DNA of 64,000 nucleotides from Negaprion brevirostris (taxonomy: Eukaryota). Both the position numbers and the translations under genes were made by a program. Shown here piece after piece: positions 23,831-36,890 of this stretch. The notes beneath the pieces are model-generated. The model was not told the origin of the DNA. It did no database searches and was given only the letters and a program-made list of their open reading frames with translations. Each line of letters begins with the position of its first letter. Position 1 is the stretch's first letter. Location of the stretch: the NCBI GenBank assembly GCA_030324005.1, contig JARDVH010000193.1:32982086-33046085 (forward strand), in the 5' to 3' direction.

Positions 23831-25829
23831 AGCCCATAAATGAGCAGGGTAGACTGATGGAAATGAGGGTTTAAAATTGATGAGTGCCTGGGAGCCAGAT
23901 CCAACTTGCCGACTTCCACTTTTATACAGACAGTACCAGGAGCAGGCAGCCAATCTGTTCCCAGGAAGTGGGTTGCATTTTAAATATCCATAATGTGGCT
24001 AAAAGCCTCAGGCATAACTTTAGTAACAAGACTTATTTTATACAACTAATTTGTTGTACAACAAACTTGCAATAACTAAGCCCCACTCTAAAGCATGTCC
24101 TAGTTTGTAATTATTGTAAATAGTTCACTAGGCATAAAAGATTCCAACATATTTTGCCACTTGTCTCTAGGCTTATGGATGTTGCATCTAGAGACAACAC
24201 GTCTCTTCAAATGATTCCTGAAAAATCAATCTTAAGCCTTCTGGAGAATTAAAAGAAAATTTACTACCCCTAAGTTCTATTTTGTTTTAAAAAATCAATT
24301 GAAACAATGGCTCTTAATTTTCTCCATAGAATGCCCATCCTTCTTGATGATTGCTAATTAAGGTGAACAAACTTTATAGAGGGTGTTCCTGTTACTGTCT
24401 GCTTTTTTAATTTTGCTGATGATTAAACATGAATTTTGATGTAGCCCACTAGCAATTATATGTAAAATTCTTGTTTTCCAGGCAAATAAATGCATTTACA
24501 ATTGTTGCAACTCAGTTCTAACTCAAAAAAACTCTTGCAACATTAAACATAAGAACAGCTCACCATTGTTTGCTTAGACAGTAGTGGATCAGCTGATTGT
24601 TTCCTATTGCTCATTCTGTGTTTAAAAAAATATTCATTACAATGGACAAACTTCTGTCCAAACTTGACCCCTGTTTTATAAAAATATATTTTTGTCCTAC
24701 CCTCATTATTTGAAATGGCTCAAACTTGATGCTCAAACTATAAAAGAGGAACTTTTAGGAGTAATATCTGTTTTATCATAATAAACAGCTTGTATTTAAG
24801 CTGTATGTCAGCAAGAATTGTTTTGATCCATGTAGCGACGGATAACTTTGAAAAAAGAAATCTGAATTTTTATTTGATACCTGAAACGATGACATGGCAA
24901 GATTTTTACTGTAACAGAACCTTGATGAGTAAACACTACTTAATAGGAAACCTATAACTTAAACTGCAGAACAAAACTTTCCCTTTTTACTTTTAGTACA
25001 ACCAAAAATCCACTTCATAGGTATATCTTACATTGTTCCTTAAGAAGTCATTCAATTTTTCCAGACCCAATCAAAAATGATCTTGGCTGTTCATGGCTTA
25101 CTTCCCTTCCTTTTCATTCCCAGTCTGGTAACCTTTAACCACAGAACTATAAGAACATAAGAAATAGGAGCAGGAGTAGGCCATCTAGCCCCTCGAGTCT
25201 GCCCCGCCATTCAATAAGATCATGGNNNNNNNNNNNNNNNNNNNNNNNNNNNNNNNNNNNNNNNNNNNNNNNNNNNNNNNNNNNNNNNNNNNNNNNNNNN
25301 NNNNNNNNNNNNNNNNNNNNNNNNNNNNNNNNNNNNNNNNNNNNNNNNNNNNNNNNNNNNNNNNNNNNNNNNNNNNNNNNNNNNNNNNNNNNNNNNNNNN
25401 NNNNNNNNNNNNNNNNNNNNNNNNNNNNNNNNNNNNNNNNNNNNNNNNNNNNNNNNNNNNNNNNNNNNNNNNNNNNNNNNNNNNNNNNNNNNNNNNNNNN
25501 NNNNNNNNNNNNNNNNNNNNNNNNNNNNNNNNNNNNNNNNNNNNNNNNNNNNNNNNNNNNNNNNNNNNNNNNNNNNNNNNNNNNNNNNNNNNNNNNNNNN
25601 NNNNNNNNNNNNNNNNNNNNNNNAGCAAAACAATCGGAACCTTCCTTTACTTTCAAACAGTCCACTCACCTAGACCTGTTGTCAAAAAGACTTCAGAACA
25701 AGTCATATTATTCTCTTCATTTTACCCTAAATTAGGGATACTGTCTTGAAACATAACAATCTTATAAACCCCATGTTTATGACATACTAACGGTTAATGC
25801 TAAATATGAAAATTATTTTTATTTTGTAG

Positions 25830-25887
25830 CTGTTTGATGGCATTGAATGTGAATTTCCCCTGTTCTATATTTACCTGATAATTGATG
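25830..25887 (+). CDS. PHKB: PHKB internal exon (58 nt): LFDGIECEFPLFYIYLIID(G)
   Basis: Acceptor ttttgtag, donor gtgagt; phase 0/1; matches PHKB LFDGIECEFP. Confidence 0.96.
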
Positions 25888-26489
25888 GTGAGTAGAACTT
25901 GTATTTTATTTGGAAATAAATTGTTGCTTTAATTTGTCGTACATGTTACGTTCAGATTCATGGTGGGCCAGAAATATATAGTTTATGTTAGAAGACTGAA
26001 TTTTCTCAACAAGGAGCAGAAGCAATGTTAAAATTGGGAAGTAACAAATAGAACTGGTTGCTCCCTGTGTTTCCAAGCATAATTTCAGCTATGGTTGATG
26101 ATGTAAAATGGGTGATATTGATTCAACCAACATTATTGACTTCAAAGATTGGAATATAAATTAAAAGCTGCCTTCAAAGGGGAGTTGAATAAGTACTTGG
26201 TGGGGGGGAGGTGGAGGAAGTTGCAGATATAACAGGAAAGAAAAGGACAATGGGATCAGTTGGATTCCCTTCAAAAACTAGTGCAGATTTGATGGCCAAA
26301 TGATGATCTCCTGTACTGTATCTATCAACGATTGTATAGGAATCATAAATAATAGGGGGAAACCAAACCTGTTCATTTTTTTTTTGAATGTTGTCAAAGT
26401 GGCTTATGTGTGGCCTTATGACTTGCAAGAACATAATGATGCTAGATTCTAATATTTAAATGGCAGTAAGCATTTCTTTTCATTTCTTA

Positions 26490-26895
26490 CAAAGAACAAA
26501 AACAGCCTGGGAAACAGGCCCTTCGGCCCAACGAGCCCACGCCGCCATTTTAACACTACCAGTCCCCCCCTCCACCCATGACCCTNNNNNNNNNNNNNNN
26601 NNNNNNNNNNNNNNNNNNNNNNNNNNNNNNNNNNNNNNNNNNNNNNNNNNNNNNNNNNNNNNNNNNNNNNNNNNNNNNNNNNNNNTTTAATGCTACCTAA
26701 AAGCCCTAACACTTCTTCCCTCGTAATCGATAGTTCCTTCAATTGGTCTACAGCTCCCTCGATGACCGTACCAGACATCAAGCCCCTCTCCTTCGTGAAT
26801 ACCGATGCAAAGTATTCATTCAGGATCTCCCCCATTCCCTCAGACTCTAAGCACAAATCCCCTCATCTGTCCCTGAGAGGACCGATTTTACCCCT
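26490..26895 (-). mobile_element. CR1-like LINE fragments on both sides of a gap
   Basis: MGEILNEYFASVFTKE is a CR1 ORF2 motif (ORF 26449..26856). Confidence 0.8.
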
Positions 26896-27254
26896 AGCCC
26901 CTAGCCTTGGGACTTTAGATTACTAGTCCAGTGACATTACCACTATGCCACCCCTTCCTCCACTGTAACTGATATTATTTATACATAGCAAACTCCCACA
27001 AAAGGAATGTGATAAACGAATACATTGTACTGCTGGTTGAAAGACGAATTGGACAGGATTCTTCTCAAAGAACGATTGGCATCTTTCCTAGAAAATGAAA
27101 TTCTTCATTCTTAAGATGATTATGCACCTGTAATGGCACCCATGTGACATTGCATGAAGAATGAAGGACTTAAAGGCATGAAGAAAGTGGTTTGCATTTT
27201 GTTTTGGCAATGATCATTGCTGAACACTTCTGTAGAGTGACTGTAACCTGCTAT

Positions 27255-27745
27255 TAGAAACGTAGAAAATAACAGCAGGAGAAGGCCATTAGGCGTTTCA
27301 AGTCTGTTGCACCATTCAGTATGGTCATGGCTGATCCTATACCTCTATGTCACACTCCCATACTCTCCATATATATCTTGATGCCTATAGAGTCCAGAAA
27401 TCTACCTATTTCCTGCTTATGTATATCTAGTGACTTGCCCTCCACAGCCTTTGGTGGTAGAGAATTCCAAAGGTTCTAAATAAAGAAGTTCCTCCTCATT
27501 TCAGTCTTAACTGGCCTACCTTGTTCGATTCCCAACCTGGGTCGCTGTCTATGCGGACTCTGCATGTCCTCTCCATGTCTGTGTGGGTTACCTCCGGGTG
27601 CGCCGGTTTCCTCCCACAGTCACTTGTTAGGTGCATTGGCCATGCTCAATTCTCCCTCACAGGTGCTGAAATGATTAGGGGATTTTCACAATAACTTCAT
27701 TGCAATGTCAATGTGAGCCTACTTGTGACACTAATAAATAAATTG
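27255..27745. mobile_element. CR1 3' tail (minus) followed by a 5'-truncated V-SINE (plus, ~27525-27745)
   Basis: Homology to 101-604 and to 38471-38756. Confidence 0.7.
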
Positions 27746-28493
27746 GCCAAGTCTTTGTTTGAGATTCCATGGGGTTCAGAGTTACATTAATCGGACATTG
27801 GCTGTCTGAAATGACTATATGGGGTTGTTGCTTGATTAGAGTGTGGGGCAGCTTTCTCAGTTCAGACTTCAGTTGACCAAAGTTTAACTAAGAGGACTAA
27901 TGCAGCCTCGACTGCACTGGTATCATCTTAATCTGATACCTGGGTTACTGCTTGTGGCTTCATCTTCTAAATATCTTGCTGTTCTAGTTTATAACCTTTT
28001 TAAAATAGCTGAGCCATTTGCTGTGAACTTTAAGAATCAAGAACATGCAAAGAGTGATTATATATAGGCCACACTAGAGGGGGCGGGGGGGGTTGCAGCT
28101 ACCCCTNNNNNNNNNNNNNNNNNNNNNNNNNNNNNNNNNNNNNNNNNNNNNNNNNNNNNNNNNNNNNNNNNNNNNNNNNNNNNNNNNNNNNNNNNNNNNN
28201 NNNNNNNNNNNNNNNNNNNNNNNNNNNNNNNNNNNNNNNNNNNNNNNNNNNNNNNNNNNNNNNNNNNNNNNNNNNNNNNNNNNNNNNNNNNNNNNNNNNN
28301 NNNNNNNNNNNNNNNNNNNNNNNNNNNNNNNNNNNNNNNNNNNNNNNNNNNNNNNNNNNNNNNNNNNNNNNNNNNNNNNNNNNNNNNNNNNNNNNNNNNN
28401 NNNNNNNNNNNNNNNNNNNNNNNNNNNNNNNNNNNNNNNNNNNNNNNNNNNNNNNNNNNNNNNNNNNNNNNNNNNNNNNNNNNNNNNNNNNNN

Positions 28494-30690
28494 ATCCAAA
28501 TTATACTTCTCCCCCCTCACCCTTAGATCGTGACCTCTCGTAATTGTCCCCAATCTAGGGAAAAGCCTACACTGTTGACTCTATTCCCTTCAGTATTTTA
28601 TATACCTCTATCATATCCCCCCTTAATCTCCGTCTTTCTAAGACGGATCTTTTCCGATATCCTAGCAATTTTTTCTCCTTCAAATATTTATTCCTTTTGA
28701 AGGCAACTGTTGAACATGCATCCATTGCCCTATCAGACAGTTCATTTCAAGTTCTAACTATTTATTGTTTAAAAACGTTTTTACTCCAATCTCCTCTGAT
28801 TCTTTTACCGCTCATCTAAAATCATTGCCTCCTTGTTATTGACTCTTCAGCCATTAGAAACAGCTTCTCTTTATTTACTATATCTCTTCATGAAGATAAA
28901 CTCTTCATAACTTTAAATGCCTCTTTAAATCTTCTCTTGATCTCTATTGCAAGGATGACAACCCTAGCTTTTTCAGTCTCTGTGAGCAAATGTTATCTGT
29001 CATATTGGGAGCTAATCTATAAATCTTTTCTGTAGACAATCCAAAATCTACCCATCCTTTCTGAAGTGATGCCCAGAATTGGACACAGTGCACCAGCTGA
29101 GTCTGAACTAGTGTTTTGATGTGGGTTTAGCATAACTTTTAGGCTTCTTCACTCTGTGAGAAGTGTATGTTTATAAAGTGTATCTTTATAAAGCGCATGT
29201 TTTATTAGCTGATTTCTTAATCAATCCTGTCACTGTTAATGATTTGTTATAAACCCCCCCCTCACCCCCGTCTCTCTGTTCTTTTAACCCTTTTCAAACT
29301 GTACCATGTCTGGTCCCACTTCATTTTTCCTGCGCAGTTTAGGGAACAACCATAAGTGCTTGCTTATGTGATGATGTTGAACCAAGCCTGCAAATGTTTG
29401 CTACCATACAGTTAGGGACCAGTAACTTTTTGTTTAAAATGTCAAGACATTTGCTAAGAGAATAAATCCACATGATTCCACAGATTTTGAACAGACAGAA
29501 AGACAGAACAATTTACTATACATATATTATACTCTAACACTCAGGGTTAATGTGCAGTACGTATACATTCACAGGCAACTGTGGTCGAACACACCACATT
29601 GCACAATCAATATTAGATGTGACCAAGATAGATTCCATGGATTTCCCAGCAATCCACTCAGATATCAGTAAATGCTATGAGTCAACCAATCTAATTAAAA
29701 CTCTGTTTCTCTCACCAAGGATTTAGGTCTTCACCTTCCAAGATCTCACCTCAGTGTTTCAATCTCGTCTCCTGAGACTCCATTCTCTCGAATTCCACGC
29801 CTACATTCCCGCACCAATTCACAAGCACAACTTCAGCTTTTTGGCTATAGTGAGCGGAATATTACTGCTCCAACGGGCCCTCAGCACAGACTCACCCAGC
29901 TTATGATACCTTCTTACATCTTCAGGGTTTGTTCTGAGCTCCCAGTCTGCCAACCATTGCCTTTTTTCATTTGGAGCTTCTTTGCTACTCTGTCTTTCTA
30001 CTTAACTGGGATCTCTTCTTGCTCCTTGCCTGGGGCTTTTCTTTCGGACCTCTCCCTGTACCTTTCCTGGTACCTCTCTTTTGGAACCCCTTTCCACATT
30101 CCATGTCCTTTGCCTGAGACAGTTGTGAACTATTGTTCTCTGCGCATGATTTAGTTTTCACGCCATCATCTCTTTTTTTACGGAGGCACAGTAGGCCTGT
30201 CCTCAACCCAAAAAACTACAAAATGTCAATATGTGCATGCGTTACCCGCACCTGATCTGCACATGTGTGGAACTCCTGAGGCCCCTTTGGGCTGGAGTTC
30301 ACCACCCCCACTGGCCAACTAGATAAAACTGAGGATCTTGTAATGCTCACGCATTTCTGCATTGGATTTCATCTACAATTGCTTTGATCTGTCAATGTCC
30401 TTTTGAAACTACTTCCTATCTTCCTCACTGGTTTCATTCCAAGTCCAAGTCATTAACGTAAACCAAAACTAGTAGTGCTCCTGGTACTGAACTTCAGGAA
30501 TGCCATTATATACCTTCTCCTGGTCCAAATATAAGCTATTCATTACAATACTCTGTTTTCTATCCCTTAGCCAATTTTGTATTCAGGCAATCTTTTCTAT
30601 TCCAGTTTTCATGAGAAGCCTAATATATGGCACTTATTAAAAATCTTTTGGAAATCCATATTTGCAATATCAGCTGCATTGCCCTTAGCT
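28494..30690 (-). mobile_element. Old CR1-like fragments interrupted by an LTR-like insert (~29375-30340)
   Basis: RGHDLRVRGEK near 28500, cccagaattggacacagt near 29070, and CR1 RT remnants at 30360-30690. Confidence 0.55.
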
Positions 30691-30771
30691 GACAGAGTGT
30701 AATTTTAGCTCTCAAACAATACTATTCCCTTAATTTCATCCCAGATGCCTTTTTAATGACACAATATTATG

Positions 30772-32458
30772 TGTTACAATCCCAGCTGGTATTAGTACTG
30801 GACAGGTCAGATCCTAGGTTGTAACTATGCCTGATAAATCCTACATTTTGTTTTTCATTTAGAAATGTGGAGAGCAGCTACTGAACAGAGTCACTAAATC
30901 CACAGAAGAACTTTTAACAAATGAATAAAACATTTATTAAACAAGAAATGATGAACTATATTCCACTGCTCCTTCATCCACAACTATACCTTTGTAGATA
31001 TATGCATATTTATAAGGATATCACAAGTTACAAAATCTATCTTATACTTTAATGTTCACAGTTCAGTAAACCAATACCAAACACACACCACAATCTGGAA
31101 TCAAGTGACAGATGCCATTCCAAACAGATGCTGTAGATTCAAATCCCCAAGACACTTTGTGCTGTGAGACAACAGGTCTCACTGGAACTTTGTGTTTCAC
31201 ACAAGGATTTCCAATCTCTCAATGCTCAAAGTCTTTGCTTTGGAATCTTCCCCCAAACAACAGTTTCTCTCAAATGCATTCCACAAGGGTTCACCTCAAG
31301 GGTTTTGATTTCTTCTTTTGATGTTCCTCTCCACTGGATCACCATATGCATTCAAGCATCACCTTTCATACACTTTCTCAGGTATTCAGTCATACCAACA
31401 GAATACCACTACTTGACAGACCCATCATGTGGGGTTACAGATCTTCGGCTGTCTTTTGGATCTCTGGCTTCTCACAAGCCTATTTTGCTTTAAGTCTGCT
31501 TCCTGCAGCCTTCTTAATTTAAACATGGAACCTTCTTCTGCTCCTCACTCTTAACTTCACTGGACAGGATCATTTCCAGATTCTTGTTCGTTTCCCTTGT
31601 CTAAAATTAAATGTCTTCTTGGGACCTTTATTATTTTCCTTTAGGATCCCCTTCCTGCAGTTTCCCAATATACCGTTGACAACTTAATATCTCCCTTGAA
31701 ATCCAGCACCCCCTTGATGTTCACTGTTTAACATGAGAGCAGTTAAAGAGGAGTGGTGGCATAATGCTGTTATCACTCGACTAGTAATCCAGAGACTAGT
31801 AATGCCCTGGAGACTGGGTTTGGATCTCACTATGGCAAGTGTGAAATTTGAACTCAGTAAGAATCTGGAATTAAAAGTCTCATAAAGACCATGAAACCAT
31901 TGTCAAATGTTGTAAAAACTAAACTGGTAAATATGCCACCCTTGATCTGTTCTTCATGTGACTCCAGATCCACAACAATGTGGTTGACTCTTAAATGGCC
32001 GAACAAACTGTTCAGTTCAAGCCAATTCTGGATGGGCAATAAATGCCGGCCCATCCCCTTAAGAAAAAACACCTAAGAGTCTTAGACTTACTTCCCTCAG
32101 CAATCTCCTAGTATGTCCAGTTAGACAGATTTTAACAGCTCCGTTCACCAACTGAACAAAAAACTGCTGTTCTGTCTCTGTGGGTTCCCTTCCCTATCCC
32201 TTGTTGCTAAGCAACAGCACATTTTTCTTCTCTACGTTGTTTTTTGTTTAACTTCCTTAAACTACCTCAAAGGTCATAAAACCTTTTTAAAGTTCTGGTT
32301 GTGCAAACTGTTCCACACCCGCTGTTTCTACTCCAAAATGAATAGCCTCAGGTTTAATCTGCAAAGAATATAAATTAAACTTAAACTTAAATCTAAAACT
32401 TATTCTTGGTACCCACAAATGCAAATACAATTTCTCTGGTTTATAACTTCTGTCAACA
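30772..32458 (-). mobile_element. Solo-LTR-like or non-autonomous LTR element
   Basis: tgttac...aca ends; minus-strand AATAAA near 30935; shared motifs with 29375-29800 (aacacacaccaca, acagat...gatt). Confidence 0.4.
31745..32070 (+). mobile_element. DeuSINE (SacSINE1-like)
   Basis: tRNA-like head gtggcataatg...ctagtaatccagag and Deu core catgtgactccaga.ccacaacaatgtggttgactcttaa. Confidence 0.8.
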
Positions 32459-33126
32459 TAGTCCTTTTTTTTACTTTTTATTACATTGATCCTCAATATT
32501 TAGATTTTGATGCAGAGGACTTAGGGTTTCTTTCACTCCTTAAATACTGATGGTTGAAATGTATTTAGCAGAGTAATGTACATGGTTTGATGACATAGCT
32601 GTGGGCAGTTCATTCATATATAGTCACTTACATTAATCAGAAAATTAAGGAGGTGTAATGTCTAGGTCTTTAAACCAAATGTGCAGTTTTCCAACTCTCA
32701 TGAGATTTTTTAACTTGAATCCATACATCATTGTGTGTTACCATGGAAGGTGGAAGATATTATGTTTTGTTGGTCTGTGAGAGTGACCTGTGGTACTATT
32801 TATTGGTTAGACATTGCGGCTATATGTTTTCTCCTTTCACGATAAATGAATAATAATTTCACTGTGTTAAATTGGAAGTAATTTGGGACATTGGAAGCTT
32901 GTCTCTTTATGAATTTTCATTTATAAAATCAATTTCTAAAATACTGAGTATGTAAAAAGCATTTAACAAGCAGTGTTGACACAACTAATTTTTAATATTT
33001 CTTTCATATTCCATTCACAGTATAGAATTAAATACAATCAATACACTAAAGGGGAATTTGTTAAAACTACAATAGGGACTAAATGGTTTTTTTGAAAGTT
33101 TTTAAAAGATAACTTGTTTTCCACAG

Positions 33127-33204
33127 GGGTATTCAGGGAAAAACCTGATCAAGTAAAAGAATTCATGGGACTCCTTGAACCATTGCTTCACCAGTCATAT
33201 GATG
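33127..33204 (+). CDS. PHKB: PHKB internal exon (78 nt): (G)VFREKPDQVKEFMGLLEPLLHQSYD(G)
   Basis: Acceptor ccacag, donor gtaagg; phase 1/1 joins both neighbours in frame. Similar to recalled human [22 protein letters not shown]. Confidence 0.93.
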
Positions 33205-33264
33205 GTAAGGAAGTGCTTTATGTTCCCTTTACATTCACTGTTGCTTTAACTTGAGAGCAATTAA

Positions 33265-33515
33265 AGAGGAGTGGTAGCATAATGCTATTATCACTAGACT
33301 AGTAATCCAGAGACCCAGGGTAATGCCCTGGAGACTGGGTTTAGATCTCACTATGGCAAGTGGTGAAATTTGAACTCAATAAGAATCTGGAATTAAAAGT
33401 CCAATGAAGACCATGAAACCATTGTCAATTGTTGTAAAAAATAAACCGGTAAATATGCCACCCTTGATTTTTTCTTCATGTGACTCCAGACCCACAGCAA
33501 TGTGGTTGAGTCTTA
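33265..33515 (+). mobile_element. DeuSINE, near-duplicate of 31745-31995
   Basis: Direct sequence match, including 5' flank. Confidence 0.8.
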
Positions 33516-33910
33516 TTGAAGCAAATTATTGTTTACTCTTGTATACGCTTTGGAGTATACAAAGAGAAAATTATAAGCAAATCTAATGTGTGTTTTGTAC
33601 AAATGTTTTGTCTGTGAGATTACTTTATAACTAAATCAATTATTCTTGTTTGTCCTGGTTGTATGCAAGGCTATATATCCCATGAGTTGGCGAGTTCATA
33701 AAAATGTTATTTTATGCACCACAGGGTCACCCACCACCTAAACACACACCTTACTTGTAAACACAATGTGAAGTTAAGCTTNNNNNNNNNNNNNNNNNNN
33801 NNNNNNNNNNNNNNNNNNNNNNNNNNNNNNNNNNNNNNNNNNNNNNNNNNNNNNNNNNNNNNNNNNNNNNNNNNNNNNNNNNNNNNNNNNNNNNNNNNNN
33901 NNNNNNNNNN

Positions 33911-34060
33911 CCTGATCACCTGCTGCACCTGTAGGCTGGGTTTTTGCGACTCATGCACAAGGACCCCCAGGTCCCTCTGCACCATAGTATGCTGCAGCTT
34001 TTCGCCCTTTAAACAGTAGTCCCTCCTACTACTATTCCTGCCAAAGTGGATAACCTTACA
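33911..34060 (-). mobile_element. CR1-like RT fragment
   Basis: CKVIHFGRN...QRDLGVLV (ORF 33707..34114). Confidence 0.8.
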
Positions 34061-36169
34061 CCCATTCATTTGATTAAATTTGCTTCGTGATTTTCTGCAT
34101 TGCTGTTCATCCATGTTCTGACTTCTGCCACCTCTGGAGGTCTCATTTTACAGAGACTCTGAACCTGCTACCACTGTGCCCATAAAAGTTTTTAATTTCA
34201 TTTCATTTATTAAGAATAAGCCTTATTAAGATGAGAATAGCAGAGTCCCCATGTAGGGCATCCCTTATCAATATTATGTACTCCCAGGTTTAGTTTTATC
34301 TAGATGCAAACTAAATTTTCCATTAGTCTACCCAGAAATTAACTTTACCCAGAACCTATTGCATTAGGCTATATCTTCCGTTTCTTGTGCCAATCAGTAA
34401 TTGCCAGTGTAGCTAAAGCCTGTATTTTTCTACTTGTTGCAAATGTGCCTGCACGAGAAAGTATATTGAAATTTTCCAAAATAATATCATTTGGAAGTTT
34501 GCTTATAACCAGTGACGAAAGCAAACTTTCATCCAGTCAGATGGATTGAAAGTTATCAAAGTGTTCATTTGCAAACATTGTGTTACTGACTGCTTTTGTG
34601 ACAGCTTAAGTAAAAAGGTTTAATTCCTTCCTTTGTTGTAGAAATCCACCTGAATATCTAAATTGTTGCACTGAGGAGAAAAAAAGCAAAGGAAATAAAT
34701 AATGCTCAATTTATGTTTAATGTTTATTTGTGTCGATATCTGAGAAGCGAGTGGATTAAAACCACCATTGTGTAATGTAGCTCTTATTTTTATGCAGTTT
34801 ATAATTTCAAAACGGTACCATGATCATTCTGTTAGTGAGGTTATTCCCAGTAATGCACTCCCATTTGAGCAGGAAAAAGGCTTCTATTGTTGTTGCCAGA
34901 TTCCCAATCATGCTTACAGTTAGCTTGCTGAGAAAATTATGACATCTGAGAGGTTGATCTGACAGTGCTGTGTTCCAGCTCATTTGTGCTAGATCATTAG
35001 TGTGTCTGGCTTCCAGGAGAGCTCCCAGCTGTGTTTTCCTGTGTAATAACTTCACTTTGGATAAAAAGAATCCAGCTACTGACTAATATGAAGCAATTAA
35101 TACAGCACTGTTCTGTTAAACATGGTGGATACATTATTTATTGGTAAATTGGCTTAAAGCCATGATGATCTTTTTCACTTGTTTAAGGGACAACACCATA
35201 CGTGGAGGACATCTCTCTGCAACTGTTGTATCCTGCCACTTGCAACAAGAGAAATTCAGCCAAAAGTGGTGGTTCATCTATAATGTTCCACCAGAAAATT
35301 GAATTTAGAATATAAAACTGACCTTTATAAGAGATTCAAATTACCTTTATTTTGGGAAAAGTTGAACAGATTTTTTTACACTGCAAATCACTATCTTACT
35401 TGTGCAAAATAATGACAAATTAATTCTAGTGTCTGTTCTTTCCCTTACAGATTAGAGATTCAGTTTTCAAATGCAAATACCTGTTACAGTACAACATAGG
35501 GATTCCTAGCTATTACAGTAACAAAAATAGAACGTGAATTGCAGTGTTTAATTTAGTGGAAAAGCAATAGACAGTCATATTGATTCATTATAATTCCTCC
35601 GATTTGTCTACTTGAGGCTTATAATAATGTTTATTGCTGTATGTCACATTTCCCCCTCTGTTCTCCTTTAACCTGTTATACTTCCTTATCACACTTTGAA
35701 TCCTGTTCCCCTCCCTCCTTTCCACTTGTTTTACTTTTGAGTAATACTGTTGCTTCCTGCACTTGTTCTCATAAAGAGAAATATTCATAGTTGCAGTGTA
35801 TGGAGCTCTGCCATCTGGTTAACATTTAGAAACTTGAAAGTTACAAATGATAATGATGACCTGGTTTAAGTTCCATAAAGAAAGCTGGGATGCTGCATTT
35901 CTCAAGATGATTCATTGCATGAGCAAAAGCAGGGAGGGCAACACTATTTTACAGTGTAAACTAAAATGAGTAAATGGAAACATGATGAATTAAGGAGGAC
36001 CTTAGCTACGTGCAGAACAGGCAGAACAGGAAAAATGGCAGGGAAGCAGCTCTCACACACTACATTATTTTTGTACTTTATAGAACATAGAACACTACGG
36101 CACAAACAGGCCCTTCGGCCCAGGATGAGAAAACATGATGCCTTTTGTAACGCACATGGTCTATTTTAA

Positions 36170-36454
36170 TTAGAATCATAGAATCCTATAGTGCTGAAGA
36201 AGGCCATTCAGCCCAAGACTGCATCGACCACTATCCCACCCAGACCCTATTCCTACAACCCCATGCATTTACCCTAGCTAGTCCTCTTGACAGTAAGGGA
36301 CAACTACACATAGCCAATCCCCTTAACCTGCACATCTTTGGATCGTGGGAGGAAACCAGAGCACCCAGAGAAAACCCAAGCAGACACGGGGAGAATGTAA
36401 AAACTCCACACAAATAGTGACCCAAACCGGGAATTGAATCTGGGACTCTGATGC
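36170..36454 (-). mobile_element. HE1-like V-SINE
   Basis: V-domain and tagaatcatagaatcc tail. Confidence 0.82.
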
Positions 36455-36558
36455 NNNNNNNNNNNNNNNNNNNNNNNNTGTCCCTGATTAACCTGATAGA
36501 ACTGATTAAGACATTTAACCAACCAGTCCATCCCTTCTTTAAGAAAATCACTTCCAAA

Positions 36559-36890
36559 TTAAATAAAAACAGAAAATGCTAAATAAACTGCGCCTGTGGA
36601 GAGAAAAACAGTTAATGTTTCAAGGCCATGTGACCGCTCCTTCAGAACTAAAGAGAGGGAGACATGATGGATGTTATATTGTTGCAAAGGGAGTGGAGCA
36701 GCTGGAGCAAAACAGAAGATCAGGGATAGGAGGGAGGGAGCTCTGGAGAGATTTGACAAATATGTCATGAACACAAGACAGAAGAATTGTTAATAGTTTA
36801 AGATGGGTGCTAATAGTGGCTAATCATGTTTCTCATTCCACGAATGCTGCCAGACCGGCTAAGTTTTGCAGCATTTTCTGTTTTTATTTC
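36559..36890. mobile_element. Palindromic Penelope-like non-autonomous element
   Basis: Inverted ends aaataaaaacagaaaatgct / agcattttctgtttttattt; a similar element lies at 18565-18730. Confidence 0.55.
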
